From NCBI GenBank assembly GCA_023247705.1, contig JAHFFY010000001.1, forward strand, positions 97,358-161,357: 64,000 nucleotides of DNA. The letters run 5' to 3'. Both the position numbers and the translations under genes were made by a program. The stretch comes from Candidatus Omnitrophota bacterium. Its GTDB lineage: Bacteria > Omnitrophota > Gorgyraeia > Zapsychrales > JAHFFX01. Below, in pieces: positions 22,012-31,773 of this stretch; the first letter of the stretch is position 1; each line of letters opens with the position of its first letter. The notes under the pieces were generated by a model that had not been told where the DNA came from, made no database searches, and saw only the letters and a list, made by a program, of their open reading frames with translations.

Positions 22012-23154
22012 TTATTTGGTATTGAAAAATTTTTGGGCTGCGGCCACTCCAGCGCCCAAAGAAAATTTATATCCCATTTTATTGAGAACTTTTTCCAGAC
22101 AGGATATTCCAGTCAGCATATCGTATTCATCCAGACATCCCATGTGCGAAAGTCGGACGATCTTTCCTTTCAAATCGTCCTGACCACCGGCCAACGTGAT
22201 CCCGTGGGTATCGCGCATGATTTTGGTTAATTTCTCTCCATCGATCCCGGCCGGGAGATTGATCGCCGTGACCACATTCGAGATGCAGGACGCGTCGGCA
22301 AAAAGGCTTAAACCCAACGCCTTGGCGGCTTCACGTGTTCCTTGGGCTAAACGCGCATAGTGAGCGAATAATTTTTCTAATCCGTCTTTTTTGATCAGTT
22401 TCAAACTTTCATTTAACGCGATAATGATTCCGATCGCGGGTGTAAACGGGGTATCAATCTTTTCCGCGGTTTTTTTGGCCAGAGTCAGGTCAAAATAATA
22501 TTTCGGATTCTTGGATAAGGGGACGAGTTCCCAGGCCTTTGCGCTTAACGTCACGAACGCTAGCCCGGGCGGAAGCATTAACCCCTTCTGGGATCCGGAG
22601 ACAACGACATCCACTCCCCAATGATCTGTTTGCAAATCGGTGGCCCCTAAACCGCTGATGGCATCAACAACGAGGACCGCTTTTGTTTTTTTGACGACCT
22701 CTGCGATGGATTTCACATCGGTCGTGACACCGGTAGATGTTTCCGTCAAGGTGATAAACACGGCCTTGATATCTTTATCCGCGTCTAAAATTTTTTTTAT
22801 CTCCTGGGCCGAAACAGCCTTTCCCCACGGAACTTTAATGACATTTGTTTTAACCCCGTAGACACAGCATAGCTCTGTCCAACGCTCCCCGAACTTTCCT
22901 CCCTCCACGGTAATGGCTTTATCATTCGCAGAAAGCAGATTGCAAACCGCCGCCTCCATTCCTCCGGTTCCGGAAGATGTCAAAATCAGAACATCATTCT
23001 TGGTTTGAAAAACATATTTCAATCCTTCGGCCGCTTCCTTGAGGATGTCCTGAAACTGCGGGGTGCGATGGTGAATAATCGGTCTCCCTAAGACTTCGCA
23101 GATCGAAGCAGGAATTTGGGTTGGTCCGGGGGACAGTAACAAATTTCGTTTCAT
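22012..23154 (-). CDS. Class-V aminotransferase (phosphoserine/serine-glyoxylate aminotransferase type)
   Basis: 380 aa. The PLP lysine block SGSQKGLMLPPG is typical of class-V AGT/SerC-like aminotransferases. It sits next to serA. Confidence 0.8.
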   Translation of the reverse strand: MKRNLLLSPGPTQIPASICEVLGRPIIHHRTPQFQDILKEAAEGLKYVFQTKNDVLILTSSGTGGMEAAVCNLLSANDKAITVEGGKFGERWTELCCVYGVKTNVIKVPWGKAVSAQEIKKILDADKDIKAVFITLTETSTGVTTDVKSIAEVVKKTKAVLVVDAISGLGATDLQTDHWGVDVVVSGSQKGLMLPPGLAFVTLSAKAWELVPLSKNPKYYFDLTLAKKTAEKIDTPFTPAIGIIIALNESLKLIKKDGLEKLFAHYARLAQGTREAAKALGLSLFADASCISNVVTAINLPAGIDGEKLTKIMRDTHGITLAGGQDDLKGKIVRLSHMGCLDEYDMLTGISCLEKVLNKMGYKFSLGAGVAAAQKFFNTK

Positions 23155-23266
23155 ACTTCATTTCCTTTCAAAAATTTTTATTGAGCAATGAATGCTCATA
23201 AGTATAAATTTAATTTTTAAAGATGACGCATTTATTCAAAACGATTCATCAAAAAAAGTGATCTGT

Positions 23267-23890
23267 TTATTTTTTTCCGTACGTCATGTGTTTTTTGGAA
23301 TTAATGATGACCTCATCGACCAGGCCGTAATTTTTGGCTTCTTCGGCGCTCATAAAGAAGTCCCGATCCGAATCACCCTGGATTTTTTCCAGAGACTGGG
23401 ATGTGTGTTTGGCTAAAATCCTGTTGAGTTCATCTTTCATCCTTAAAATTTCTTTGGCTTGGATGGAGATGTCACTCGCTGTTCCTTGAACTCCTCCCCA
23501 TGGCTGATGGATCATGATCCGTGAATAAGGAAGGACATAGCGTTTTCCTTTTGTTCCCGCGGTCAGAAGGATTGATCCCATGCTGGCCGCCTGACCGATG
23601 CAATAAGTACACACGTCCGGCTTAACAAATTGAATCGTATCATAAATGGCTAACCCTGCGGTCACGGATCCACCCGGAGAGTTGATATACAAATTAATGT
23701 CTTTATCGGCGTCTTCGGATTGCAAAAAGAGCATTTGAGCAATGACCAGATTGGCGACCACATCATCGATCGCCGTTCCGATAAAGATGATCCGGTCCTT
23801 TAAAAGTCTGGAAAAAATATCGTAAGCCCGCTCGGCATGGCCGGTTTTTTCAACAACCATCGGAACCAATGTTTGATATTTAATGTCCAT
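23267..23890 (-). CDS. clpP: ATP-dependent Clp protease proteolytic subunit
   Basis: ClpP core (Ser-His-Asp context GQAASMGS...MIHQP). Start is placed at [16 protein letters not shown] with an AAAGGAGGG RBS; the track ORF extends 17 codons further upstream. Confidence 0.9.
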   Translation of the reverse strand: MDIKYQTLVPMVVEKTGHAERAYDIFSRLLKDRIIFIGTAIDDVVANLVIAQMLFLQSEDADKDINLYINSPGGSVTAGLAIYDTIQFVKPDVCTYCIGQAASMGSILLTAGTKGKRYVLPYSRIMIHQPWGGVQGTASDISIQAKEILRMKDELNRILAKHTSQSLEKIQGDSDRDFFMSAEEAKNYGLVDEVIINSKKHMTYGKK

Positions 23891-23962
23891 CTTCCCTCCT
23901 TTAATAATTTCATCCCTTTTTAGTGAACAATATCGAATCAAAACAATCCAGCCTTTTAAGGA

Positions 23963-24853
23963 TTACTTTGTTTCTTCCCACTTGGCTTCTCGTAAAAGAA
24001 ATTCCATAACCTTGTAAAAAAGATTTTCGCCTTCCGCGACCGTAATATTTTCCTGTTTGGCAATATACTCCAGGATTAAAAAGGTCTTCACGTCTTTTTC
24101 AGCAGCCGGCCGTAATTCTTTTCCAAGTTCTTCCGCTCTTTTTTGCAGATCGCTTTCCTTGATTCCTTGCGATTTGAGTCGTTTGATTGAATCTTCCAGG
24201 CGATGTTCTAACTGTCGATCAATCGCTGACTGCGGAACGCTTATGGACGCCTCTTTCAGGAGATATTCAACGATTTGGTTCTCGACATTGATGCGATTCT
24301 GCCGGTCCCGCTCCATCTCCAATTGCCGCTTTAAAGATGATTTGAAATCTTCAAAAGTCGGATAACCGATGCCTCGGGCAAAGGTGTCATCCAGAACCAC
24401 TTCTTTATCCCCCTGTCCTTTTTTAAAAAATTCAAGGGTTTTGGCAAGATCTTCATCCGTCACTTGCGCATTTTTACGGGTGATTTTAATATTTTTGTAC
24501 TCTTTGATCTTCACGTCCGGTTTAATATCCAGTAAGGCGGTAAAAGAGATCATTCCGTCTTTAAAGGCCACATCCTGAATGTCCGGGAGATCCATCGGGG
24601 TTATTTTTTCATTTTCAAGGGCTTCGGTATAAGCTTCGGGAATTAATTTTTTAATTGTTTCTTCCCGGGCCAGTTTTCCGTGCTGGGCTTCCACCAGATG
24701 CCGTGGCGCTTTTCCTGGACGAAATCCTTTGATTTTGGCCACCTTTCCGATTTCAGAATAAATCTCATCTAATTTTTTGGAAACACGCTCTTTCGGAATA
24801 AGAAATTTTAATTCTCTCCTCGTTGCGTCCAGTTTTTTCACTTCCACTTTCAT
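23963..24853 (-). CDS. tig: Trigger factor, short form lacking the PPIase domain
   Basis: 296 aa. The N-terminal ribosome-binding domain has the GFRPGKAP signature, and the C-terminal region aligns with the trigger-factor C-domain. The ~100-aa FKBP/PPIase domain is absent. Confidence 0.75.
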   Translation of the reverse strand: MKVEVKKLDATRRELKFLIPKERVSKKLDEIYSEIGKVAKIKGFRPGKAPRHLVEAQHGKLAREETIKKLIPEAYTEALENEKITPMDLPDIQDVAFKDGMISFTALLDIKPDVKIKEYKNIKITRKNAQVTDEDLAKTLEFFKKGQGDKEVVLDDTFARGIGYPTFEDFKSSLKRQLEMERDRQNRINVENQIVEYLLKEASISVPQSAIDRQLEHRLEDSIKRLKSQGIKESDLQKRAEELGKELRPAAEKDVKTFLILEYIAKQENITVAEGENLFYKVMEFLLREAKWEETK

Positions 24854-24928
24854 AATGATTATTCTTCCTTTCAGTTAAATCCAAAATGTGAATTTTAACG
24901 CAGTGATTGCACATTTGGAAAGTAATAT

Positions 24929-25657
24929 TTACATTGTGAATTTTTCACCAAGATAAATTTTTTTTGCCTTCGGATCGTTAATCAAATCTTGAGCTGTTCC
25001 GGAGATTAAAATCCGTCCGTCCGCCACCAAATACGCCCGATCAGTGATCGAAAGCGTTTCGCGGACGTTATGATCGGTCAACAAAATCCCCAGTCCTCTT
25101 TTCTTTAAATCCTTGATGATTTCCTGGGCTTCGGTCACAACAATCGGGTCAATCCCGGAAAACGGTTCATCCAGCAGTAGAAACGATGGATTCGTCACCA
25201 GCGCCCGCGTGATCTCCAGCCGACGGCGTTCGCCCCCAGATAATGTGTCCGCCCGGCTTTTGGCCAGATGAGCGATATTGAGCTCTTCCAGCAAGGCCTG
25301 TAATCGTTTCCTTCTTTCCCTGGGACTAAGTCCCAATGTCTCCAGGATCGCCATAATATTCTCTTCCACGGTTAATTTTCTAAAGATCGAAGATTCCTGG
25401 GCCAAATATCCCATCCCTAACCGGCAACGTTCATGAATCGATTTACGGGTGATATCTTCCTGGTCAAAAATAATTTGTCCATCGTCCGGTGCGATAATTC
25501 CAACCGCCATATAAAAGGTGGTGGTCTTCCCAGCACCGTTTGGTCCTAAAAGACCAACGATTTCAGAACGGCCGACCGAAATGCTGAGTCCGTCCACAAC
25601 CTTTCGGCCGCCGTAACTTTTAACGAGACCCTTCGTTTCCAAAAGCTGTAATGCCAT
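24929..25657 (-). CDS. lptB: LPS export ABC transporter ATP-binding protein
   Basis: 242 aa with GPNGAGKTTTF Walker A, an LSGGERRRLEI signature, and a position immediately after lptA. Confidence 0.9.
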   Translation of the reverse strand: MALQLLETKGLVKSYGGRKVVDGLSISVGRSEIVGLLGPNGAGKTTTFYMAVGIIAPDDGQIIFDQEDITRKSIHERCRLGMGYLAQESSIFRKLTVEENIMAILETLGLSPRERRKRLQALLEELNIAHLAKSRADTLSGGERRRLEITRALVTNPSFLLLDEPFSGIDPIVVTEAQEIIKDLKKRGLGILLTDHNVRETLSITDRAYLVADGRILISGTAQDLINDPKAKKIYLGEKFTM

Positions 25658-26453
25658 TTTTTCCTTCGGTTAACAGGATTAATTTTGGTCGACCGGAGAG
25701 AATAAGTTTCTGATCTTCGGCGCGATAAACGGCTTTTTCAGCGTAAGTTGTGTTTTCTCCTTGCGTGATCGAAACATTTCCGATGCAAACCATTTCTTTA
25801 ATTTGATTGTTTGTCTGATCAAAATAAATTTCCATCCGGTCCGCTTTGAGTTCCCGGCCAGCTTGAACGGCCTTGACATTATTATTGAAAACAGCCTGTT
25901 GTTTGGCCTGGTCAATCTCCATCGGCCCGTCACAGGTGATGGTGACAACTTTGTTGTCGACATTTTCGGTTTCAGTGTTGACTTTCACGGTGACATCTTC
26001 GTTCATCTGTGCTGTTTTTAAGTTGGGATGGGCCATTGCTCCGGTTCCGGTCGCTTCTATTTGTTTATCGATCAATTTGACTTTATCATCCGTTGTGACG
26101 AGATCTTTCTCTTTGCTCCAATCCAGGGAATCCGTTGTGAGTTTCGCTCCTGTTTCTGAGGTTATCACCACATCCTGTTCCAGATGCATATTCCCGCTCA
26201 CCTGGTCGATTGTTCCGGTCTTTGCGGTCACATTCATCTGTTCATCGCCATAAGCGTTGGCAACGATGTTAGTCAATTTGATAATATTGCCCATGATGTC
26301 TGCGGTATCGCCTTTGACATCCCAGGATTTTTGGCCGGCATTCGAATATCCTGAGAGATTGAACCCCTCAAATTGCTGGGCGTTTTCTTCAGCGCCTAAA
26401 GTCATCCCACCGATGAAAAGAATAATAAATGTTAGAATGCTTTTTTTGATCAT
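25620..26453 (-). CDS. lptA: LPS transport periplasmic protein LptA (OstA-like), extended; possibly LptC-like plus LptA-like modules
   Basis: About 277 aa from MIKKSIL (signal peptide). The C-terminal half (ADRMEIYFDQ...IGNVSITQGENTTYAEKAVY) is OstA_N/LptA-like, and the N-terminal half also has a beta-jellyroll-like repeat. The ATGA overlap with kdsC fixes the start at 26453. Confidence 0.7.
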   Translation of the reverse strand: MIKKSILTFIILFIGGMTLGAEENAQQFEGFNLSGYSNAGQKSWDVKGDTADIMGNIIKLTNIVANAYGDEQMNVTAKTGTIDQVSGNMHLEQDVVITSETGAKLTTDSLDWSKEKDLVTTDDKVKLIDKQIEATGTGAMAHPNLKTAQMNEDVTVKVNTETENVDNKVVTITCDGPMEIDQAKQQAVFNNNVKAVQAGRELKADRMEIYFDQTNNQIKEMVCIGNVSITQGENTTYAEKAVYRAEDQKLILSGRPKLILLTEGKNGITAFGNEGSR

Positions 26454-26968
26454 CGTTCTAATCCTTTGAGAAATCCATCCCATTTCCCTTGGGTTTTCAA
26501 TATTAATTCAATGACTTCACGTACTGCGCCATGTCCGCCCTGTTTCTGGGTGATATAATGCGCAACTTTTTTGATCTCATGAACCGCATTGGGGACGGTC
26601 ACTGCAAATCCGACCCGCTTCAATAAGGCCAAATCTGGAAGATCATCTCCAACAAAACAAACCTCTTCATCCCTCAGGCGGAATTCTTTCATTAGCTTTT
26701 TATATGCGGTCATTTTGGGAAAGGCATTCTGGTATACACGAGTGATGCCTAAATCCTTGGATCTGACCCCAACAACCGCCGAAGCCCTGGCTGTAATAAT
26801 GGCGGTTTTGAATCCTAACTTTTGAAAGAAAACAATACCAAAACCATCCTGAACATCAAAATGCTTGATCTCCGTGCCCTTGCTGTCGTAAATGATTTTA
26901 CCATCCGTTAAAACGCCGTCTACATCTAAAACCAACAATTTGATCTTTTGGATCTTTGTTTTCAACAT
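26450..26968 (-). CDS. kdsC: 3-deoxy-D-manno-octulosonate 8-phosphate phosphatase
   Basis: 172 aa HAD-family protein (LLVLDVDGVLTDG...VGDDLPD). Confidence 0.85.
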   Translation of the reverse strand: MLKTKIQKIKLLVLDVDGVLTDGKIIYDSKGTEIKHFDVQDGFGIVFFQKLGFKTAIITARASAVVGVRSKDLGITRVYQNAFPKMTAYKKLMKEFRLRDEEVCFVGDDLPDLALLKRVGFAVTVPNAVHEIKKVAHYITQKQGGHGAVREVIELILKTQGKWDGFLKGLER

Positions 26969-27931
26969 TCAAACCAATCCCGCCTTGAGTAAATCCTGGA
27001 CATCCACGAGACCGACCGCGCGCCCTTTTTCATCCACAACAGGTAACTCATCAATTTTTTTATCTTGTAAGATACGCAATGCTTCTTCGGCCAATTTTTC
27101 TTTATAAATTTTCGTTGGATTTTTGGTCATTACGTCTCGAACCTTACGAACAGACAAGTTTGGATCGGCTTCGAGATGACGGCGTAGATCTCCATCGGTG
27201 AAGATCCCGACCAAAAGCCCTTTTCGGTTTACGATACACGCTGAACCGCACCGTACGCGCGTAATGCTCAACAAGACCTCTTTCACCGTCGTATCTTCCC
27301 GTACTTTGGGAAACGCATGTCCTGAGCGCATGATATCGGTTACTTTTAACAAAAGTTTTTTTCCCAACGCCCCCGCAGGATGATAAAAGGCAAAATCCTC
27401 TTTACGAAATTTTTTGACTTCGATGAGACAGGCGGCCAAGGCGTCTCCCATGACCAGCATCGCGGTCGTTGAGGCCATCGGCGCCAAGCCGAGCGGACAT
27501 CCTTCTTCTTTGACCGCTACATTCAAAACCACATCGCTATGTTTGGCCAATGTCGATTTCAGATTACCGGTCAGGGTAATGATTTTAGCCCCGATCTTTT
27601 TAATCAGGGGCAATAATCGCGTTGTTTCTTCAGTCTCACCGCTGTTGGAGATTACAATCAAGATGTCTTGACAAGTGACTTGGCCTAAATCCCCATGAAC
27701 CGCTTCGGCGCTGTGCATCCAGATACTTGGTGTCCCGGTTGAAGAAAGCGTTGACGAAATTTTCCGTCCGATAATCCCTGTTTTACCCATCCCGGTGACA
27801 ATAATTCTTCCGGGGCATTTTACGATTAAATCGATCGCCTTTAAAAAATGATGATCCAGATTTTTTGCCAATCCCTGGACGGCTTGGGCTTCTGTGAGAA
27901 TCACTTCTTTGGCTCGCTTCAAGGATGTCAT
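26969..27931 (-). CDS. kdsD: Arabinose-5-phosphate isomerase (SIS + tandem CBS)
   Basis: 320 aa with an SIS domain (GRIIVTGMGKTG) followed by a CBS pair, the KdsD/KpsF architecture. Confidence 0.9.
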   Translation of the reverse strand: MTSLKRAKEVILTEAQAVQGLAKNLDHHFLKAIDLIVKCPGRIIVTGMGKTGIIGRKISSTLSSTGTPSIWMHSAEAVHGDLGQVTCQDILIVISNSGETEETTRLLPLIKKIGAKIITLTGNLKSTLAKHSDVVLNVAVKEEGCPLGLAPMASTTAMLVMGDALAACLIEVKKFRKEDFAFYHPAGALGKKLLLKVTDIMRSGHAFPKVREDTTVKEVLLSITRVRCGSACIVNRKGLLVGIFTDGDLRRHLEADPNLSVRKVRDVMTKNPTKIYKEKLAEEALRILQDKKIDELPVVDEKGRAVGLVDVQDLLKAGLV

Positions 27932-27945
27932 GTCAAAATCTCCGC

Positions 27946-28770
27946 CTATTGATTCTTAATGATCTGGTCAATCGCTTTCAGGTCAGTCAATAATGATTCC
28001 AGTTGAGACAAAGGCAACATGTTCATCCCATCGGAAAGGGCTTTACGAGGGTTAGGATGCACTTCCATAAAGACGGCATCGCAACCAGCCGCGACCCCGC
28101 ATCGGGCTAACAGCGGAATAAAATCACTATTACCGCCGGACGATGATCCTAATCCTCCTGGTTGTTGAACACTGTGCGAAGCATCAAACACAACCGGATA
28201 TCCAGTCTGGCGCATGATGGCCAAAGAACGAAAATCCGTTACAAGATTGTTGTATCCAAAAGTTGTTCCCCGTTCGGTCAAAAGGATATTTTTATTTCCT
28301 ACACTTTCGATCTTGCTTACGACCTCTTTCATATCCCATGGGGCTAAAAATTGTCCTTTTTTAATATTGATTGTCTTTTGGGTTTCCCCTGCGACCAATA
28401 ACAAATCCGTTTGCCGACACAAAAAAGCCGGAATTTGAATGATATCAAGAATTTTTTTCGCCTCAGCGACTTCATCCACGGAATGAACATCGCTGATCAC
28501 CGGAACACCAACCTCCTTTTTGATTTCATCCAGAATCGATAATCCTCGCCTGATCCCCAATCCGCGGAAAGACACCAGCGACGTCCGATTTGCCTTATCA
28601 TAACTGGCTTTAAACACAAACGGGATCTTTAAACGTTTGGTGATTTTTTGGATGGTCTGGGCGATCTTCAGGGTAATGTCACGCCCTTCGATCACGCACG
28701 GACCGGCAATCAAAACAAACGGCCGGTTTCCTCCAAGTGTTAATTTTCCAACAGGAACCCCTTTAACCAT
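27946..28770 (-). CDS. kdsA: 2-dehydro-3-deoxyphosphooctonate aldolase (Kdo8P synthase)
   Basis: 274 aa of the DAHP-synthase-I/KdsA family (FVLIAGPCVIE...). Confidence 0.9.
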   Translation of the reverse strand: MVKGVPVGKLTLGGNRPFVLIAGPCVIEGRDITLKIAQTIQKITKRLKIPFVFKASYDKANRTSLVSFRGLGIRRGLSILDEIKKEVGVPVISDVHSVDEVAEAKKILDIIQIPAFLCRQTDLLLVAGETQKTINIKKGQFLAPWDMKEVVSKIESVGNKNILLTERGTTFGYNNLVTDFRSLAIMRQTGYPVVFDASHSVQQPGGLGSSSGGNSDFIPLLARCGVAAGCDAVFMEVHPNPRKALSDGMNMLPLSQLESLLTDLKAIDQIIKNQ

Positions 28771-29527
28771 GTTTCAAATTTCCTTTTAAAAGTTTTTTAA
28801 GGCGATCGAGATCTTCCTGGGTATCGATGCTCATGGTCTCGATGTCCGTTAAAACTGTTTTAATTTTGTATCCTGCTTCTAGCACCCTCAATTGTTCCAA
28901 TTGTTCCGTTTTTTCAAGATAAGATTTAGGGAGATTAACAAAGGAAAGAAGAAAATCCTTTCGATAGGCGTAAAGCCCCAAATGCTGATAGTATAAAATT
29001 TCCGTAAACTTTTTTTGATCGCGATTGAATGGAATAATCGAACGAGAAAAAAATAAAGCATATTTATTTTTATCAATCACGACTTTGACCACGTTTGGGT
29101 CCGTTAAATTCCTTTCATCCTTCAAGATGCGAATCGGTGTGGACATGACGCATTGAGGATCATTTTTTAGGGCTTTCACTAAGCTGTCGATAATCGAAGC
29201 TTGAATCAAGGGCTCATCCCCTTGAATGTTTACAACGATATCGACATCCAGGTTTTTGATTACTTCTGCGATCCGATCGGAACCAGACGAATGCAATTTC
29301 GATGTAAGAACTACTTTCGCTGCGAATTCCTTTGCTTTTTCAAAGATCCTTTCATCATCACAAGCGATGATTAAATCAGAAAGTTGACGACTCGCTTTCG
29401 CCCGTTCGTAAACATGCTGAATCATCGGTTTCCCGTTAATGTCCGCTAGTACTTTTGCCTTTAATCGTGTTGACTCATAACGGGCCGGAATAACTCCAAC
29501 AATCTTCATGGCATGATCTCTACTCAA
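28763..29527 (-). CDS. kdsB: 3-deoxy-manno-octulosonate cytidylyltransferase (CMP-Kdo synthetase)
   Basis: 254 aa with the N-terminal VIPARYESTRLKAKVL and the KdsB fold. Confidence 0.9.
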   Translation of the reverse strand: MSRDHAMKIVGVIPARYESTRLKAKVLADINGKPMIQHVYERAKASRQLSDLIIACDDERIFEKAKEFAAKVVLTSKLHSSGSDRIAEVIKNLDVDIVVNIQGDEPLIQASIIDSLVKALKNDPQCVMSTPIRILKDERNLTDPNVVKVVIDKNKYALFFSRSIIPFNRDQKKFTEILYYQHLGLYAYRKDFLLSFVNLPKSYLEKTEQLEQLRVLEAGYKIKTVLTDIETMSIDTQEDLDRLKKLLKGNLKHG

Positions 29528-29530
29528 ATA

Positions 29531-30589
29531 TTATCGCTGTGTCAGGTTTAACGCTGAAAGAAGTTCGCTTTTGGAAACCGTCACCGCCCCCATTTTTCCG
29601 ACCACAATCCCTGCGGCATGATTGGCAATTTCAGCGGCTTGCAGTTTACTCGCATTAGCCGTTAAACAAAGGGTGAAGACCGCAATAACGGTGTCCCCCG
29701 CACCCGTCACATCAAAGACTTCCTGAGCCCTGGTGTTGATGTGAATCGGTTTTTTCCCTTTTTCAAAGAGACGCATCCCTTGTTCTCCTAAGGTGAGGAG
29801 TAAACTTTCTAAATGGAGAAACTTCAATAAAGACTCTCCCGCCAGATTAATATCGGAGTCTGTTTTAAGCTGATCGACATTAATCCTTAATTTGTTTCCA
29901 GCGTTTTGTTTGATTTTGATATTTCGGATGGCGTTTTCCGTTTCCTTGCGGTTGGGAGTAATCGCGGTCACGCCGTTGTAATAGGCGAAATGTTCGACTT
30001 TGGGATCAACGGTCAATATTTTTCGTTTTTCGATAGCCAATGAGCAAACATTGGACAATAAAATGGGATTAATAACTCCTTTCCCATAATCAGAAATTAT
30101 AACGGCATCGAAAGAATTGATCTGTTTGGAAACGAAATCAATCATGGTCTGATTTAATTGGTCATGTCCGAAATCTTCAATCTTTTCTCGATCTAATCTG
30201 ACAATTTGCTGTTGTTGGGCGATGATTCGTGTTTTCACCGAGGTGGGAATCCGTTTGTCGATCATGATCCCATCGGTTTTGATCTGCCGTGCTTTTAGGT
30301 CGCGCAATATGATTTTACCTTCTGGGTCATCGCCTATTTTTCCCATTAGTGAAACTTTTGCCCCCAGACTTTGCAAATTATTGGCGACATTGGCCGCGCC
30401 TCCCAGTGTGTAAAATGACTGTTCCTGCAAAACCACCGGAACCGGGGCTTCGGCAGAAATCTTGGCAACCTGTCCTAGGATATACTGGTCTAAAAGGACA
30501 TCCCCGATCACAAGAATTTTTTTTCCTGCAAAGTTGGCAATAATATCCTGAAATAATTTTATTTTGTTACTCATGCTTCGATTCACCAT
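29531..30589 (-). CDS. hldA: D-glycero-beta-D-manno-heptose-7-phosphate kinase (HldE kinase domain / RfaE domain I only)
   Basis: 352 aa PfkB-family protein with KILVIGDVLLDQY...PGGAANVA and a C-terminal GAGDT motif. There is no fused adenylyltransferase domain. Confidence 0.75.
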   Translation of the reverse strand: MVNRSMSNKIKLFQDIIANFAGKKILVIGDVLLDQYILGQVAKISAEAPVPVVLQEQSFYTLGGAANVANNLQSLGAKVSLMGKIGDDPEGKIILRDLKARQIKTDGIMIDKRIPTSVKTRIIAQQQQIVRLDREKIEDFGHDQLNQTMIDFVSKQINSFDAVIISDYGKGVINPILLSNVCSLAIEKRKILTVDPKVEHFAYYNGVTAITPNRKETENAIRNIKIKQNAGNKLRINVDQLKTDSDINLAGESLLKFLHLESLLLTLGEQGMRLFEKGKKPIHINTRAQEVFDVTGAGDTVIAVFTLCLTANASKLQAAEIANHAAGIVVGKMGAVTVSKSELLSALNLTQR

Positions 30590-30664
30590 TAAAATCAGAA
30601 CTTCCCTATGATTGGGGTAAACTTAGAGTGTGTGATCAGATTATCAAAACGAGGCAACATTGTA

Positions 30665-31768
30665 TCATAGTCTCGAAAGGGAGTCAAATATCTCTAAAAC
30701 CTCCTGTGGGGTAATAGCTTCCAGACATTTAAAGCCGATGACACACCGATGGGCCAGGCAGACCTGGCATCCAACGTCCTTATGGAGGACAACCGAATCC
30801 TCTCCTAGCGGGCCCCAGCGCTGTGGATTCAATCCGGATTGGTTTCTTCCAAAAATAGCTAAAACCTTAACATTCAGCGCACCGGCCAAATGGACAGGCC
30901 CGGAATCATTTGAAATTAATAAGCGGCAGTGTTTCAGGAGACTGATGAACTGGCTAAGATTCGTTTTGCCTACGAAATCAATGATTGGCGCCGAGGTGAG
31001 TTGGGATATCTCTTCAGCGATTGCGCGAGTATCGTCACCACCTACCAAGATGATTTTGACTTGATGTTTAGTATGGATTTTACTGATTAATTCAGCAAAA
31101 TTTTTGACTGGCCAGCGTTTTGAAATACAACTTGCACCGGGATGTATGGCGATCACATCATCGGACTCTTTGATTTCGCTTTTAGAAAATTCTCTCTTGA
31201 CCCATTCTTCGGATTCTTTTTTGGTGGATACATATGGTTTGAGATAGGATAGGGATCGGATCTCTTTGATCGAAGGATGAAATGCGAAATTGGATTGATC
31301 GGTTGGCTCTCCGGTTCCTTTCTTGATATAGTTTAAAACATCAAGACAATATTGGACTTCATGCTTGATCCCCTGAGGACGCATGTCGGCTATGCCTTGT
31401 GTTAACAGAAAACCCAATTTGTTGTTTTTATAACCGATGCGGTTAGGGATCCCCGCGAGAAAACAAAGCAAAGTAGTCCTTTTCTTGGTGTGTAACACAA
31501 TGGCTAAATCAAATGTTCGCTTTTTTACTTCTTGAATGAGTTTGATATATCCAGTCAAACCTTTGTGTAATTTTTTCCGATCGTCAATCATGATTTCATT
31601 CAGATAAGGATTCCCATCCACGATCTCACGGGTTTGCGGGGTCACTAGGATGGTGATCTTAGATTGGGGATACATCTTCCGTAATAACGCAATCATCGGC
31701 GTTGTTAGTACCACGTCACCGATTCGATCGGTGCGAATAACTAAGATATTTTTGTAAGGTGTTGACAT
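30665..31768 (-). CDS. Glycosyltransferase family 9 (LPS heptosyltransferase-like)
   Basis: GT9 signature NILVIRTDRIGDVVLTTP. Start is placed at MSTPYK, just after the upstream gene's stop; the track ORF extends to 31840. Confidence 0.75.
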   Translation of the reverse strand: MSTPYKNILVIRTDRIGDVVLTTPMIALLRKMYPQSKITILVTPQTREIVDGNPYLNEIMIDDRKKLHKGLTGYIKLIQEVKKRTFDLAIVLHTKKRTTLLCFLAGIPNRIGYKNNKLGFLLTQGIADMRPQGIKHEVQYCLDVLNYIKKGTGEPTDQSNFAFHPSIKEIRSLSYLKPYVSTKKESEEWVKREFSKSEIKESDDVIAIHPGASCISKRWPVKNFAELISKIHTKHQVKIILVGGDDTRAIAEEISQLTSAPIIDFVGKTNLSQFISLLKHCRLLISNDSGPVHLAGALNVKVLAIFGRNQSGLNPQRWGPLGEDSVVLHKDVGCQVCLAHRCVIGFKCLEAITPQEVLEIFDSLSRL

Positions 31769-31773
31769 GTGGT

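Noticed and set aside
23172-23188. Small hairpin TGAGCA-ATGAA-TGCTCA between clpP and the aminotransferase, as a terminator
   Set aside because: The stem is only 6 bp. The flanking A5T5 run lies in the 5' leader of the downstream gene and is not a clear U-tract, so I could not distinguish a terminator from chance.
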